From the NCBI RefSeq assembly GCF_009914755.1, contig NC_060942.1: 64,000 bases of DNA. One strand, written 5' to 3'. The notes under the pieces were generated by a model. It made no database searches and was not told where the DNA came from. It was given only the letters and a program-made list of their open reading frames with translations. Source of the DNA: the human T2T-CHM13v2.0 reference genome, Homo sapiens. Of the stretch, positions 24,001-36,500 are shown piece after piece. The position numbers and the translations under genes are program-made. Within the stretch, counting starts at the first letter, position 1; each line of letters starts with the position of its first letter.

Positions 24001-27000
24001 CAAAAGTTGAACACTCCCTTTCATAGTGCAGTCTGAAACACTCCTTTTGTAGTATCTGGAACTGCACTTTTGGAGCGCTTTCAGGGCTAAGGTGAAAAAG
24101 GAAATATCTTCCCATAAAAACTGGACAGAAGCATTCTCAGAAACTTGTTTATGCTGTATCTACTCAACTAACAAAGTTGAACCTTTCTTTTGATAGAGCA
24201 GTTTTGAAATGCTCTTTTTGTGGAATCTGCAAGTGGATATTTGGCTAGTTTTGAGGATTTCGTTGGAAGCGGGAATTCATACAAATTGCAGACTGCAGCG
24301 TTCTGAGAAACATCTTTGTGATGTTTGTATTCAGGACAGAGAGTTGAACATTCCCTATCATAGAGCAGGTTGGAATCACTCCTTTTGTAGTATCTGGAAG
24401 TGGACATTTGGAGCGCTTTCAGGCCTATGTTGAAAAAGGAAATATCTTCCCATAACAACTAGACACAAGCATTCTCAGAAACTTGTTTGTGATGTGTGCC
24501 CTCTACTGACAGAGTTGAACCTTTCTTTTCATAGAGCAGTTTTGAAACACTCTTTTTGTAGAATCTGCAAGAGGATATTTGCATAGCTTTGAGGATTTCG
24601 TGGGAAACGGGATTGTCTTCAGGTAAAATCTAGACAGAAGCATTCTCAGAAACTTCTTTGGGATGTTTGCATTCAAGTCACAGAGTAGAACATTCCCTTT
24701 GGTAGAGCAGGTTTGAAACACTCTTTTTGTAGTATCTGGAAGTGGACATTTGGAGCGCTTTCAGGCCTATGTTGGAAAGGGAAATATCTTCCCGTAACAA
24801 CTAGGCAGAAGCATTCTCAGAAACTTATTTGAGATGTGTGTACTCAACTAAGAGAATTGAACCACCGTTTGAAGGAGCAGTTTTGAAACACTCTTTTTCT
24901 GGAATCTGCAAGAGGATATTTGCCTAGCCTTGAGGATTTCGTTGGAAACGGGATTGTCTTCAGATCAAATCTAGACAGAAGCATTCTCAGAAACTTCTTT
25001 GGGATGTTTGCATTCAAGTCACAGAGTAGAACATTCCCTTTGGTAGAGCAGGTTTGAAACACTCTTTTTTTAGTATATGGAAGTGGACATTTGGAGCGCT
25101 TTCAGGCCTACGTTGGAAAAGGAAATATCTTCCCATAACAACTAGACAGAAGCATTCTCAGAAACTAGTTTCTGATGTGTGTCCTCAACTAACACAGTTG
25201 AACATTTCTTTAGACAGAACAGTTTTGAAACTCTCTTTTTGTGGAATCTGCAAGTGGCTATTTGGCTAGATTTGAGGATTTCGTTGGAAACGGGATTACA
25301 TATAAAAAGCAGACAGCAGCATTCTCAGAAAGTTCTTTGTGATGATTGCATTCAAGTCACAGAATTGAACATTCCCTTTCACAGAGCAGGTTTGAAACAC
25401 TCTTTTTATAGTGTGTGTAAGTGGACATTTGGAGCACTTTCCGGCCTAAGGTGAAAAAGGAAATATCTTCCCATAAAAACTAGACAGAAGCATTCTCAGA
25501 AACTTACTCGTGATGTGTGTCCTCAACTAAAGGAGTAGAACCTTTCTTTTCATAGAGAAGTTTTGAAACGCTCTTTTTGTGGAATCTGCAAGTGGATATT
25601 TGGCTAGTTTGGAGGATTTCGTTGGAAGCGGGAATTCATACAAATTGCAGACTGCAGCGTTCTGAGAAACATCTTTGTGATGTTTGTATTCAGGACACAG
25701 AGTTGAACATTCCCTATCATAGAGCAGGTTGGAATCACTCCTTTTGTAGTATCTGGAAGTGGACATTTGGAGCGCTTTCAGGCCTATGTTGGAAAAGGAA
25801 ATATCTTCCCATAACAACTAGACAGAAGCATTCTCAGAAACTTATTTGAGATGTGTGTACTCAACTAAGAGAATTGAACCACCGTTTTGAAGGAGCAGTT
25901 TTGAAACACTCTTTTTCTGGAATCTGCAAGTGGATATTTGGCTAGCTTTGGGGATTTCGCTGGAGGCGGGAATACATATAAAAAGCACACAGCAGCGTTC
26001 TGAGAAACTGCTTTCTGATGTTTGCATTCAAGTCAAAAGTTGAACACTCCCTTTTATAGAGCAGTCCTGAAACACTCCTTTTGTAGTATCTGGAACTGGA
26101 CTTTTGGAGCGCTTTCAGGGCTAAGGTGAAAAAGGAAATATCTTCCCATAAAAACTGGACAGAAGCATTCTCAGAAACTTGTTTATGCTGTATCTACTCA
26201 ACTAACAAAGTTGAACCTTTCTTTTGATAGAGCAGTTTTGAAATGCTCTTTTTGTGGAATCTGCAAGTGGATATTTGGCTAGTTTTGAGGATTTCGTTGG
26301 AAGCGGGAATTCATACAAATTGCAGACTGCAGCGTTCTGAGAAACATCTTTGTGATGTTTGTATTCAGGACAGAGAGTTGAACATTCCCTATCATAGAGC
26401 AGGTTGGAATCACTCCTTTTGTAGTATCTGGAAGTGGACATTTGGAGCGCTTTCTGGCCTATGTTGAAAAAGGAAATATCTTCCCATAACAACTAGACAC
26501 AAGCATTCTCAGAAACTTGTTTGTGATGTGTGCCCTCTACTGACAGAGTTGAACCTTTCTTTTCATAGAGCAGTTTTGAAACACTCTTTTTGTAGAATCT
26601 GCAAGAGGATATTTGCATAGCTTTGAGGATTTCGTGGGAAACGGGATTGTCTTCAGGTAAAATCTAGACAGAAGCATTCTCAGAAACTTCTTTGGGATGT
26701 TTGCATTCAAGTCACAGAGTAGAACATTCCCTTTGGTAGAGCAGGTTTGAAACACTCTTTTTGTAGTATCTGGAAGTGGACATTTGGAGCGCTTTCAGGC
26801 CTATGTTGGAAAGGGAAATATCTTCCGGTAACAACTAGGCAGAAGCATTCTCAGAAACTTATTTGAGATGTGTGCACTCAACTAAGAGAATTGAACCACC
26901 GTTTTGAAGGAGCAGTTTTGAAACACTCTTTTTCTGGAATCTGCAAGAGGATATTTGCCTAGCTTTGAGGATTTCGTTGGAAACGGGATTGTGTTCAGAT

Positions 27001-27187
27001 CAAATCTAGACAGAAGCATTCTCAGAAACTTCTTTGGGATGTTTGCATTCAAGTCACAGAGTAGAACATTCCCTTTGGTAGAGCAGGTGTGAAACACTCT
27101 TTTTTTAGTATATGGAAGTGGACATTTGGAGCGCTTTCAGGCCTACGTTGGAAAACGAAATATCTTCCCATAACAACTAGACAGAAG

Positions 27188-27862
27188 CATTCTCAGAAAC
27201 TAGTTTCTGATGTGTGTCCTCAACTAACACAGTTGAACATTTCTTTAGACAGAACAGTTTTGAAACTCTCTTTTTGTGGAATCTGCAAGTGGCTATTTGG
27301 CTAGATTTGAGGATTTCGTTGGAAACGGGATTACATATAAAAAGCAGACAGCAGCATTCTCAGAAAGTTCTTTGTGATGATTGCATTCAAGTCACAGAAT
27401 TGAACATTCCCTTTCACAGAGCAGGTTTGAAACACTCTTTTTGTAGTGTGTGTAAGTGGACATTTGGAGCACTTTCCGGCCTAAGGTGAGAAAGGAAATA
27501 TCTTCCCATAAAAACTAGACAGAAGCATTCTCAGAAACTTACTCGTGATGTGTGTCCTCAACTAAAGGAGTAGAACCTTTCTTTCATACAGAAGTTTCGA
27601 AACGCTCTTTTTGTGGAATCTGCAAGTGGATATTTGGCTAGTTTGGAGGATTTCGTTGGAAGCGGGAATTCATACAAATTGCAGACTGCAGCGTTCTGAG
27701 AAACATCTTTGTGATGTTTGTATTCAGGACACAGAGTTGAACATTCCCTATCATAGAGCAGGTTGGAATCACTCCTTTTGTAGTATCTGGAAGTGGACAT
27801 TTGGAGCGCTTTCAGGCCTACGTTGGAAAACGAAATATCTTCCCATAACAACTAGACAGAAG
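27188..27862 (+). repeat. 4-mer HOR variant, copy 5 (m4/m12 hybrid end)
   Basis: ORF 27214 to 27889; ggcctacgttggaaaacg at 27821-27832. Confidence 0.94.
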
Positions 27863-29897
27863 CATTCTCAGAAACTAGTTTCTGATGTGTGTCCTCAACT
27901 AACACAGTTGAACATTTCTTTAGACAGAACAGTTTTGAAACACTCTTTTTGTGGAATCTGCAAGTGGCTATTTGGCTAGATTTGAGGATTTCGTTGGAAA
28001 CGGGATTACATATAAAAAGCAGACAGCAGCATTCTCAGAAAGTTCTTTGTGATGATTGCATTCAAGTCACAGAATTGAACATTCCCTTTCACAGAGCAGG
28101 TTTGAAACACTCTTTTTGTAGTGTGTGTAAGTGGACATTTGGAGCACTTTCCGGCCTAAGGTGAAAAAGGAAATATCTTCCCATAAAAACTAGACAGAAG
28201 CACTCTCAGAAACTTACTCGTGATGTGTGTCCTCAACTAAAGGAGTAGAACCTTTCTTTTCATAGAGAAGTTTTGAAACGCTCTTTTTGTGGAATCTGCA
28301 AGTGGATATTTGGCTAGTTTGGAGGATTTCGTTGGAAGCGGGAATTCATACAAATTGCAGACTGCAGCGTTCTGAGAAACATCTTTGTGATGTTTGTATT
28401 CAGGACACAGAGTTGAACATTCCCTATCATAGAGCAGGTTTGAATCACTCCTTTTGTAGTATCTGGAAGTGGACATTTGGAGCGCTTTCAGGCCTATGTT
28501 GGAAAAGGAAATATCTTCCCATAACAACTAGACAGAAGCATTCTCAGAAACTTATTTGAGATGTGTGTACTCAACTAAGAGAATTGAACCACCGTTTTGA
28601 AGGAGCAGTTTTGAAACACTCTTTTTCTGGAATCTGCAAGTGGATATTTGGCTAGCTTTGGGGATTTCGCTGGAGGCGGGAATACATATAAAAAGCACAC
28701 AGCAGCGTTCTGAGAAACTGCTTTCTGATGTTTGCATTCAAGTCAAAAGTTGAACACTCCCTTTCATAGAGCAGTCCTGAAACACTCCTTTTGTAGTATC
28801 TGGAACTGGACTTTTGGAGCGCTTTCAGGGCTAAGGTGAAAAAGGAAATATCTTCCCATAAAAACTGGACAGAAGCATTCTCAGAAACTTGTTTATGCTG
28901 TATCTACTCAACTAACAAAGTTGAACCTTTCTTTTGATAGAGCAGTTTTGAAATGCTCTTTCTGTGGAATCTGCAAGTGGATATTTGGCTAGTTTTGAGG
29001 ATTTCGTTGGAAGCGGGAATTCATACAAATTGCAGACTGCAGCGTTCTGAGAAACATCTTTGTGATGTTTGTATTCAGGACAGAGAGTTGAACATTCCCT
29101 ATCATAGAGCAGGTTGGAATCACTCCTTTTGTAGTATCTGGAAGTGGACATTTGGAGCGCTTTCTGGCCTATGTTGAAAAAGGAAATATCTTCCCATAAC
29201 AACTAGACACAAGCATTCTCAGAAACTTGTTTGTGATGTGTGCCCTCTACTGACAGAGTTGAACCTTTCTTTTCATAGAGCAGTTTTGAAACACTCTTTT
29301 TGTAGAATCTGCAAGAGGATATTTGCATAGCTTTGAGGATTTCGTGGGAAACGGGATTGTCTTCAGGTAAAATCTAGACAGAAGCATTCTCAGAAACTTC
29401 TTTGGGATGTTTGCATTCAAGTCACAGAGTAGAACATTCCCTTTGGTAGAGCAGGTTTGAAACACTCTTTTTGTAGTATCTGGAAGTGGACATTTGGAGC
29501 GCTTTCAGGCCTATGTTGGAAAGGGAAATATCTTCCGGTAACAACTAGGCAGAAGCATTCTCAGAAACTTATTTGAGATGTGTGTACTCAACTAAGAGAA
29601 TTGAACCACCGTTTTGAAGGAGCAGTTTTGAAACACTCTTTTTCTGGAATCTGCAAGAGGATATTTGCCTAGCTTTGAGGATTTCGTTGGAAACGGGATT
29701 GTGTTCAGATCAAATCTAGACAGAAGCATTCTCAGAAACTTCTTTGGGATGTTTGCATTCAAGTCACAGAGTAGAACATTCCCTTTGGTAGAGCAGGTGT
29801 GAAACACTCTTTTTTTAGTATATGGAAGTGGACATTTGGAGCGCTTTCAGGCCTACTTTGGAAAACGAAATATCTTCCCATAACAACTAGACAGAAG

Positions 29898-30572
29898 CAT
29901 TCTCAGAAACTAGTTTCTGATGTGTGTCCTCAACTAACACAGTTGAACATTTCTTTAGACAGAACAGTTTTGAAACTCTCTTTTTGTGGAATCTGCAAGT
30001 GGCTATTTGTCTAGATTTGAGGATTTCGTTGGAAACGGGATTACATATAAAAAGCAGACAGCAGCATTCTCAGAAAGTTCTTTGTGATGATTGCATTCAA
30101 GTCACAGAATTGAACATTCCCTTTCACAGAGCAGGTTTGAAACACTCTTTTTGTAGTGTGTGTAAGTGGACATTTGGAGCACTTTCCGGCCTAAGGTGAG
30201 AAAGGAAATATCTTCCCATAAAAACTAGACAGAAGCATTCTCAGAAACTTACTCGTGATGTGTGTCCTCAACTAAAGGAGTAGAACCTTTCTTTCATAGA
30301 GAAGTTTTGAAACGCTCTTTTTGTGGAATCTGCAAGTGGATATTTGGCTAGTTTGGAGGATTTCGTTGGAAGCGGGAATTCATACAAATTGCAGACTGCA
30401 GCGTTCTGAGAAACATCTTTGTGATGTTTGTATTCAGGACACAGAGTTGAACATTCCCTATCATAGAGCAGGTTGGAATCACTCCTTTTGTAGTATCTGG
30501 AAGTGGACATTTGGAGCGCTTTCAGGCCTACGTTGGAAAAGGAAATATCTTCCCATAACAACTAGACAGAAG
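29898..30572 (+). repeat. 4-mer HOR variant, copy 6 (m4/m12 hybrid end)
   Basis: ORF 29924 to 30599; ggcctacgtt at 30531. Confidence 0.94.
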
Positions 30573-33500
30573 CATTCTCAGAAACTAGTTTCTGATGTGT
30601 GTCCTCAACTAACACAGTTGAACATTTCTTTAGACAGAACAGTTTTGAAACACTCTTTTTGTGGAATCTGCAAGTGGCTATTTGGCTAGATTTGAGGATT
30701 TCGTTGGAAACGGGATTACATATAAAAAGCAGACAGCACCATTCTCAGAAAGTTCTTTGTGATGATTGCATTCAAGTCACAGAATTGAACATTCCCTTTC
30801 ACAGAGCAGGTTTGAAACACTCTTTTTGTAGTGTGTGTAAGTGGACATTTGGAGCACTTTCCGGCCTAAGGTGAAAAAGGAAATATCTTCCCATAAAAAC
30901 TAGACAGAAGCACTCTCAGAAACTTACTCGTGATGTGTGTCCTCAACTAAAGGAGTAGAACCTTCCTTTTCATAGAGAAGTTTTGAAACGCTCTTTTTGT
31001 GGAATCTGCAAGTGGATATTTGGCTAGTTTGGAGGATTTCGTTGGAAGCGGGAATTCATACAAATTGCAGACTGCAGCGTTCTGAGAAACATCTTTGTGA
31101 TGTTTGTATTCAGGACACAGAGTTGAACATTCCCTATCATAGAGCAGGTTTGAATCACTCCTTTTGTAGTATCTGGAAGTGGACATTTGGAGCGCTTTCA
31201 GGCCTATGTTGGAAAAGGAAATATCTTCCCATAACAACTAGACAGAAGCATTCTCAGAAACTTATTTGAGATGTGTGTACTCAACTAAGAGAATTGAACC
31301 ACCGTTTTGAAGGAGCAGTTTTGAAACACTCTTTTTCTGGAATCTGCAAGTGGATATTTGGCTAGCTTTGGGGATTTCGCTGGAAGCGGGAATACATATA
31401 AAAAGCACACAGCAGCGTTCTGAGAAACTGCTTTCTGATGTTTGCATTCAAGTCAAAAGTTGAACACTCCCTTTCATAGTGCAGTCCTGAAACACTCCTT
31501 TTGTAGTATCTGGAACTGGACTTTTGGAGCGCTTTCAGGGCTAAGGTGAAAAAGGAAATATCTTCCCATAAAAACTGGACAGAAGCATTCTCAGAAACTT
31601 GTTTATGCTGTATCTACTCAACTAACAAAGTTGAACCTTTCTTTTGATAGAGCAGTTTTGAAATGCTCTTTTTGTGGAATCTGCAAGTGGATATTTGGCT
31701 AGTTTTGAGGATTTCGTTGGAAGCGGGAATTCATACAAATTGCAGACTGCAGCGTTCTGAGAAACATCTTTGTGATGTTTGTATTCAGGACAGAGAGTTG
31801 AACATTCCCTATCATAGAGCAGGTTGGAATCACTCCTTTTGTAGTATCTGGAAGTGGACATTTGGAGCGCTTTCAGGCCTATGTTGAAAAAGGAAATATC
31901 TTCCCATAACAACTAGACACAAGCATTCTCAGAAACTTGTTTGTGATGTGTGCCCTCTACTGACAGAGTTGAACCTTTCTTTTCATAGAGCAGTTTTGAA
32001 ACACTCTTTTTGTAGAATCTGCAAGAGGATATTTGCATAGCTTTGAGGATTTCGTGGGAAACGGGATTGTCTTCAGGTAAAATCTAGACAGAAGCATTCT
32101 CAGAAACTTCTTTGGGATGTTTGCATTCAAGTCACAGAGTAGAACATTCCCTTTGGTAGAGCAGGTTTGAAACACTCTTTTTGTAGTATCTGGAAGTGGA
32201 CATTTGGAGCGCTTTCAGGCCTATGTTGGAAAGGGAAATATCTTCCCGTAACAACTAGGCAGAAGCATTCTCAGAAACTTATTTGAGATGTGTGTACTCA
32301 ACTAAGAGAATTGAACCACCGTTTTGAAGGAGCAGTTTTGAAACACTCTTTTTCTGGAATCTGCAAGAGGATATTTGCCTAGCCTTGAGGATTTCGTTGG
32401 AAACGGGATTGTCTTCAGATCAAATCTAGACAGAAGCATTCTCAGAAACTTCTTTGGGATGTTTGCATTCAAGTCACAGAGTAGAACATTCCCTTTGGTA
32501 GAGCAGGTTTGAAACACTCTTTTTTTAGTATATGGAAGTGGACATTTGGAGCGCTTTCAGGCCTACGTTGGAAAAGGAAATATCTTCCCATAACAACTAG
32601 ACAGAAGCATTCTCAGAAACTAGTTTCTGATGTGTGTCCTCAACTAACACAGTTGAACATTTCTTTAGACAGAACAGTTTTGAAACTCTCTTTTTGTGGA
32701 ATCTGCAAGTGGCTATTTGGCTAGATTTGAGGATTTCGTTGGAAACGGGATTACATATAAAAAGCAGACAGCAGCATTCTCAGAAAGTTCTTTGTGATGA
32801 TTGCATTCAAGTCACAGAATTGAACATTCCCTTTCACAGAGCAGGTTTGAAACACTCTTTTTGTAGTGTGTGTAAGTGGACATTTGGAGCACTTTCCGGC
32901 CTAAGGTGAAAAAGGAAATATCTTCCCATAAAAACTAGACAGAAGCATTCTCAGAAACTTACTCGTGATGTGTGTCCTCAACTAAAGGAGTAGAACCTTT
33001 CTTTTCATAGAGAAGTTTTGAAACGCTCTTTTTGTGGAATCTGCAAGTGGATATTTGGCTAGTTTGGAGGATTTCGTTGGAAGCGGGAATTCATACAAAT
33101 TGCAGACTGCAGCGTTCTGAGAAACATCTTTGTGATGTTTGTATTCAGGACACAGAGTTGAACATTCCCTATCATAGAGCAGGTTGGAATCACTCCTTTT
33201 GTAGTATCTGGAAGTGGACATTTGGAGCGCTTTCAGGCCTATGTTGGAAAAGGAAATATCTTCCCATAACAACTAGACAGAAGCATTCTCAGAAACTTAT
33301 TTGAGATGTGTGTACTCAACTAAGAGAATTGAACCACCGTTTTGAAGGAGCAGTTTTGAAACACTCTTTTTCTGGAATCTGCAAGTGGATATTTGGCTAG
33401 CTTTGGGGATTTCGCTGGAGGCGGGAATACATATAAAAAGCACACAGCAGCGTTCTGAGAAACTGCTTTCTGATGTTTGCATTCAAGTCAAAAGTTGAAC

Positions 33501-36500
33501 ACTCCCTTTGATAGAGCAGTCCTGAAACACTCCTTTTGTAGTATCTGGAACTGGACTTTTGGAGCGCTTTCAGGGCTAAGGTGAAAAAGGAAATATCTTC
33601 CCATAAAAACTGGACAGAAGCATTCTCAGAAACTTGTTTATGCTGTATCTACTCAACTAACAAAGTTGAACCTTTCTTTTGATAGAGCAGTTTTGAAATG
33701 CTCTTTTTGTGGAATCTGCAAGTGGATATTTGGCTAGTTTTGAGGATTTCGTTGGAAGCGGGAATTCATACAAATTGCAGACTGCAGCGTTCTGAGAAAC
33801 ATCTTTGTGATGTTTGTATTCAGGACAGAGAGTTGAACATTCCCTATCATAGAGCACGTTGGAATCACTCCTTTTGTAGTATCTGGAAGTGGACATTTGG
33901 AGCGCTTTCTGGCCTATGTTGAAAAAGGAAATATCTTCCCATAACAACTAGACACAAGCATTCTCAGAAACTTGTTTGTGATGTGTGCCCTCTACTGACA
34001 GAGTTGAACCTTTCTTTTCATAGAGCAGTTTTGAAACACTCTTTTTGTAGAATCTGCAAGAGGATATTTGCATAGCTTTGAGGATTTCGTGGGAAACGGG
34101 ATTGTCTTCAGGTAAAATCTAGACAGAAGCATTCTCAGAAACTTCTTTGGGATGTTTGCATTCAAGTCACAGAGTAGAACATTCCCTTTGGTAGAGCAGG
34201 TTTGAAACACTCTTTTTGTAGTATCTGGAAGTGGACATTTGGAGCGCTTTCAGGCCTATGTTGGAAAGGGAAATATCTTCCGGTAACAACTAGGCAGAAG
34301 CATTCTCAGAAACTTATTTGAGATGTGTGTACTCAACTAAGAGAATTGAACCACCGTTTTGAAGGAGCAGTTTTGAAACACTCTTTTTCTGGAATCTGCA
34401 AGAGGATATTTGCCTAGCTTTGAGGATTTCGTTGGAAACGGGATTGTGTTCAGATCAAATCTAGACAGAAGCATTCTCAGAAACTTCTTTGGGATGTTTG
34501 CATTCAAGTCACAGAGTAGAACATTCCCTTTGGTAGAGCAGGTGTGAAACACTCTTTTTTTAGTATATGGAAGTGGACATTTGGAGCGCTTTCAGGCCTA
34601 CGTTGGAAAAGGAAATATCTTCCCATAACAACTAGACAGAAGCATTCTCAGAAACTAGTTTCTGATGTGTGTCCTCAACTAACACAGTTGAACATTTCTT
34701 TAGACAGAACAGTTTTGAAACTCTCTTTTTGTGGAATCTGCAAGTGGCTATTTGGCTAGATTTGAGGATTTCGTTGGAAACGGGATTACATATAAAAAGC
34801 AGACAGCAGCATTCTCAGAAAGTTCTTTGTGATGATTGCATTCAAGTCACAGAATTGAACATTCCCTTTCACAGAGCAGGTTTGAAACACTCTTTTTGTA
34901 GTGTGTGTAAGTGGACATTTGGAGCACTTTCCGGCCTAAGGTGAGAAAGGAAATATCTTCCCATAAAAACTAGACAGAAGCATTCTCAGAAACTTACTCG
35001 TGATGTGTGTCCTCAACTAAAGGAGTAGAACCTTTCTTTCATAGAGAAGTTTTGAAACGCTCTTTTTGTGGAATCTGCAAGTGGATATTTGGCTAGTTTG
35101 GAGGATTTCGTTGGAAGCGGGAATTCATACAAATTGCAGACTGCAGCGTTCTGAGAAACATCTTTGTGATGTTTGTATTCAGGACACAGAGTTGAACATT
35201 CCCTATCATAGAGCAGGTTGGAATCACTCCTTTTGTAGTATCTGGAAGTGGACATTTGGAGCGCTTTCAGGCCTATGTTGGAAAAGGAAATATCTTCCCA
35301 TAACAACTAGACAGAAGCATTCTCAGAAACTTATTTGAGATGTGTGTACTCAACTAAGAGAATTGAACCACCGTTTTGAAGGAGCAGTTTTGAAACACTC
35401 TTTTTCTGGAATCTGCAAGTGGATATTTGGCTAGCTTTGGGGATTTCGCTGGAGGCGGGAATACATATAAAAAGCACACAGCAGCGTTCTGAGAAACTGC
35501 TTTCTGATGTTTGCATTCAAGTCAAAAGTTGAACACTCCCTTTCATAGAGCAGTCCTGAAACACTCCTTTTGTAGTATCTGGAACTGGACTTTTGGAGCG
35601 CTTTCAGGGCTAAGGTGAAAAAGGAAATATCTTCCCATAAAAACTGGACAGAAGCATTCTCAGAAACTTGTTTATGCTGTATCTACTCAACTAACAAAGT
35701 TGAACCTTTCTTTTGATAGAGCAGTTTTGAAATGCTCTTTTTGTGGAATCTGCAAGTGGATATTTGGCTAGTTTTGAGGATTTCGCTGGAAGCGGGAATT
35801 CATACAAATTGCAGACTGCAGCGTTCTGAGAAACATCTTTGTGATGTTTGTATTCAGGACAGAGAGTTGAACATTCCCTATCATAGAGCACGTTGGAATC
35901 ACTCCTTTTGTAGTATCTGGAAGTGGACATTTGGAGCGCTTTCAGGCCTATGTTGAAAAAGGAAATATCTTCCCATAACAACTAGACACAAGCATTCTCA
36001 GAAACTTGTTTGTGATGTGTGCCCTCTACTGACAGAGTTGAACCTTTCTTTTCATAGAGCAGTTTTGAAACACTCTTTTTGTAGAATCTGCAAGAGGATA
36101 TTTGCATAGCTTTGAGGATTTCGTGGGAAACGGGATTGTCTTCAGGTAAAATCTAGACAGAAGCATTCTCAGAAACTTCTTTGGGATGTTTGCATTCAAG
36201 TCACAGAGTAGAACATTCCCTTTGGTAGAGCAGGTTTGAAACACTCTTTTTGTAGTATCTGGAAGTGGACATTTGGAGCGCTTTCAGGCCTATGTTGGAA
36301 AGGGAAATATCTTCCCGTAACAACTAGGCAGAAGCATTCTCAGAAACTTATTTGAGATGTGTGTACTCAACTAAGAGAATTGAACCACCGTTTTGAAGGA
36401 GCAGTTTTGAAACACTCTTTTTCTGGAATCTGCAAGAGGATATTTGCCTAGCCTTGAGGATTTCGTTGGAAACGGGATTGTCTTCAGATCAAATCTAGAC

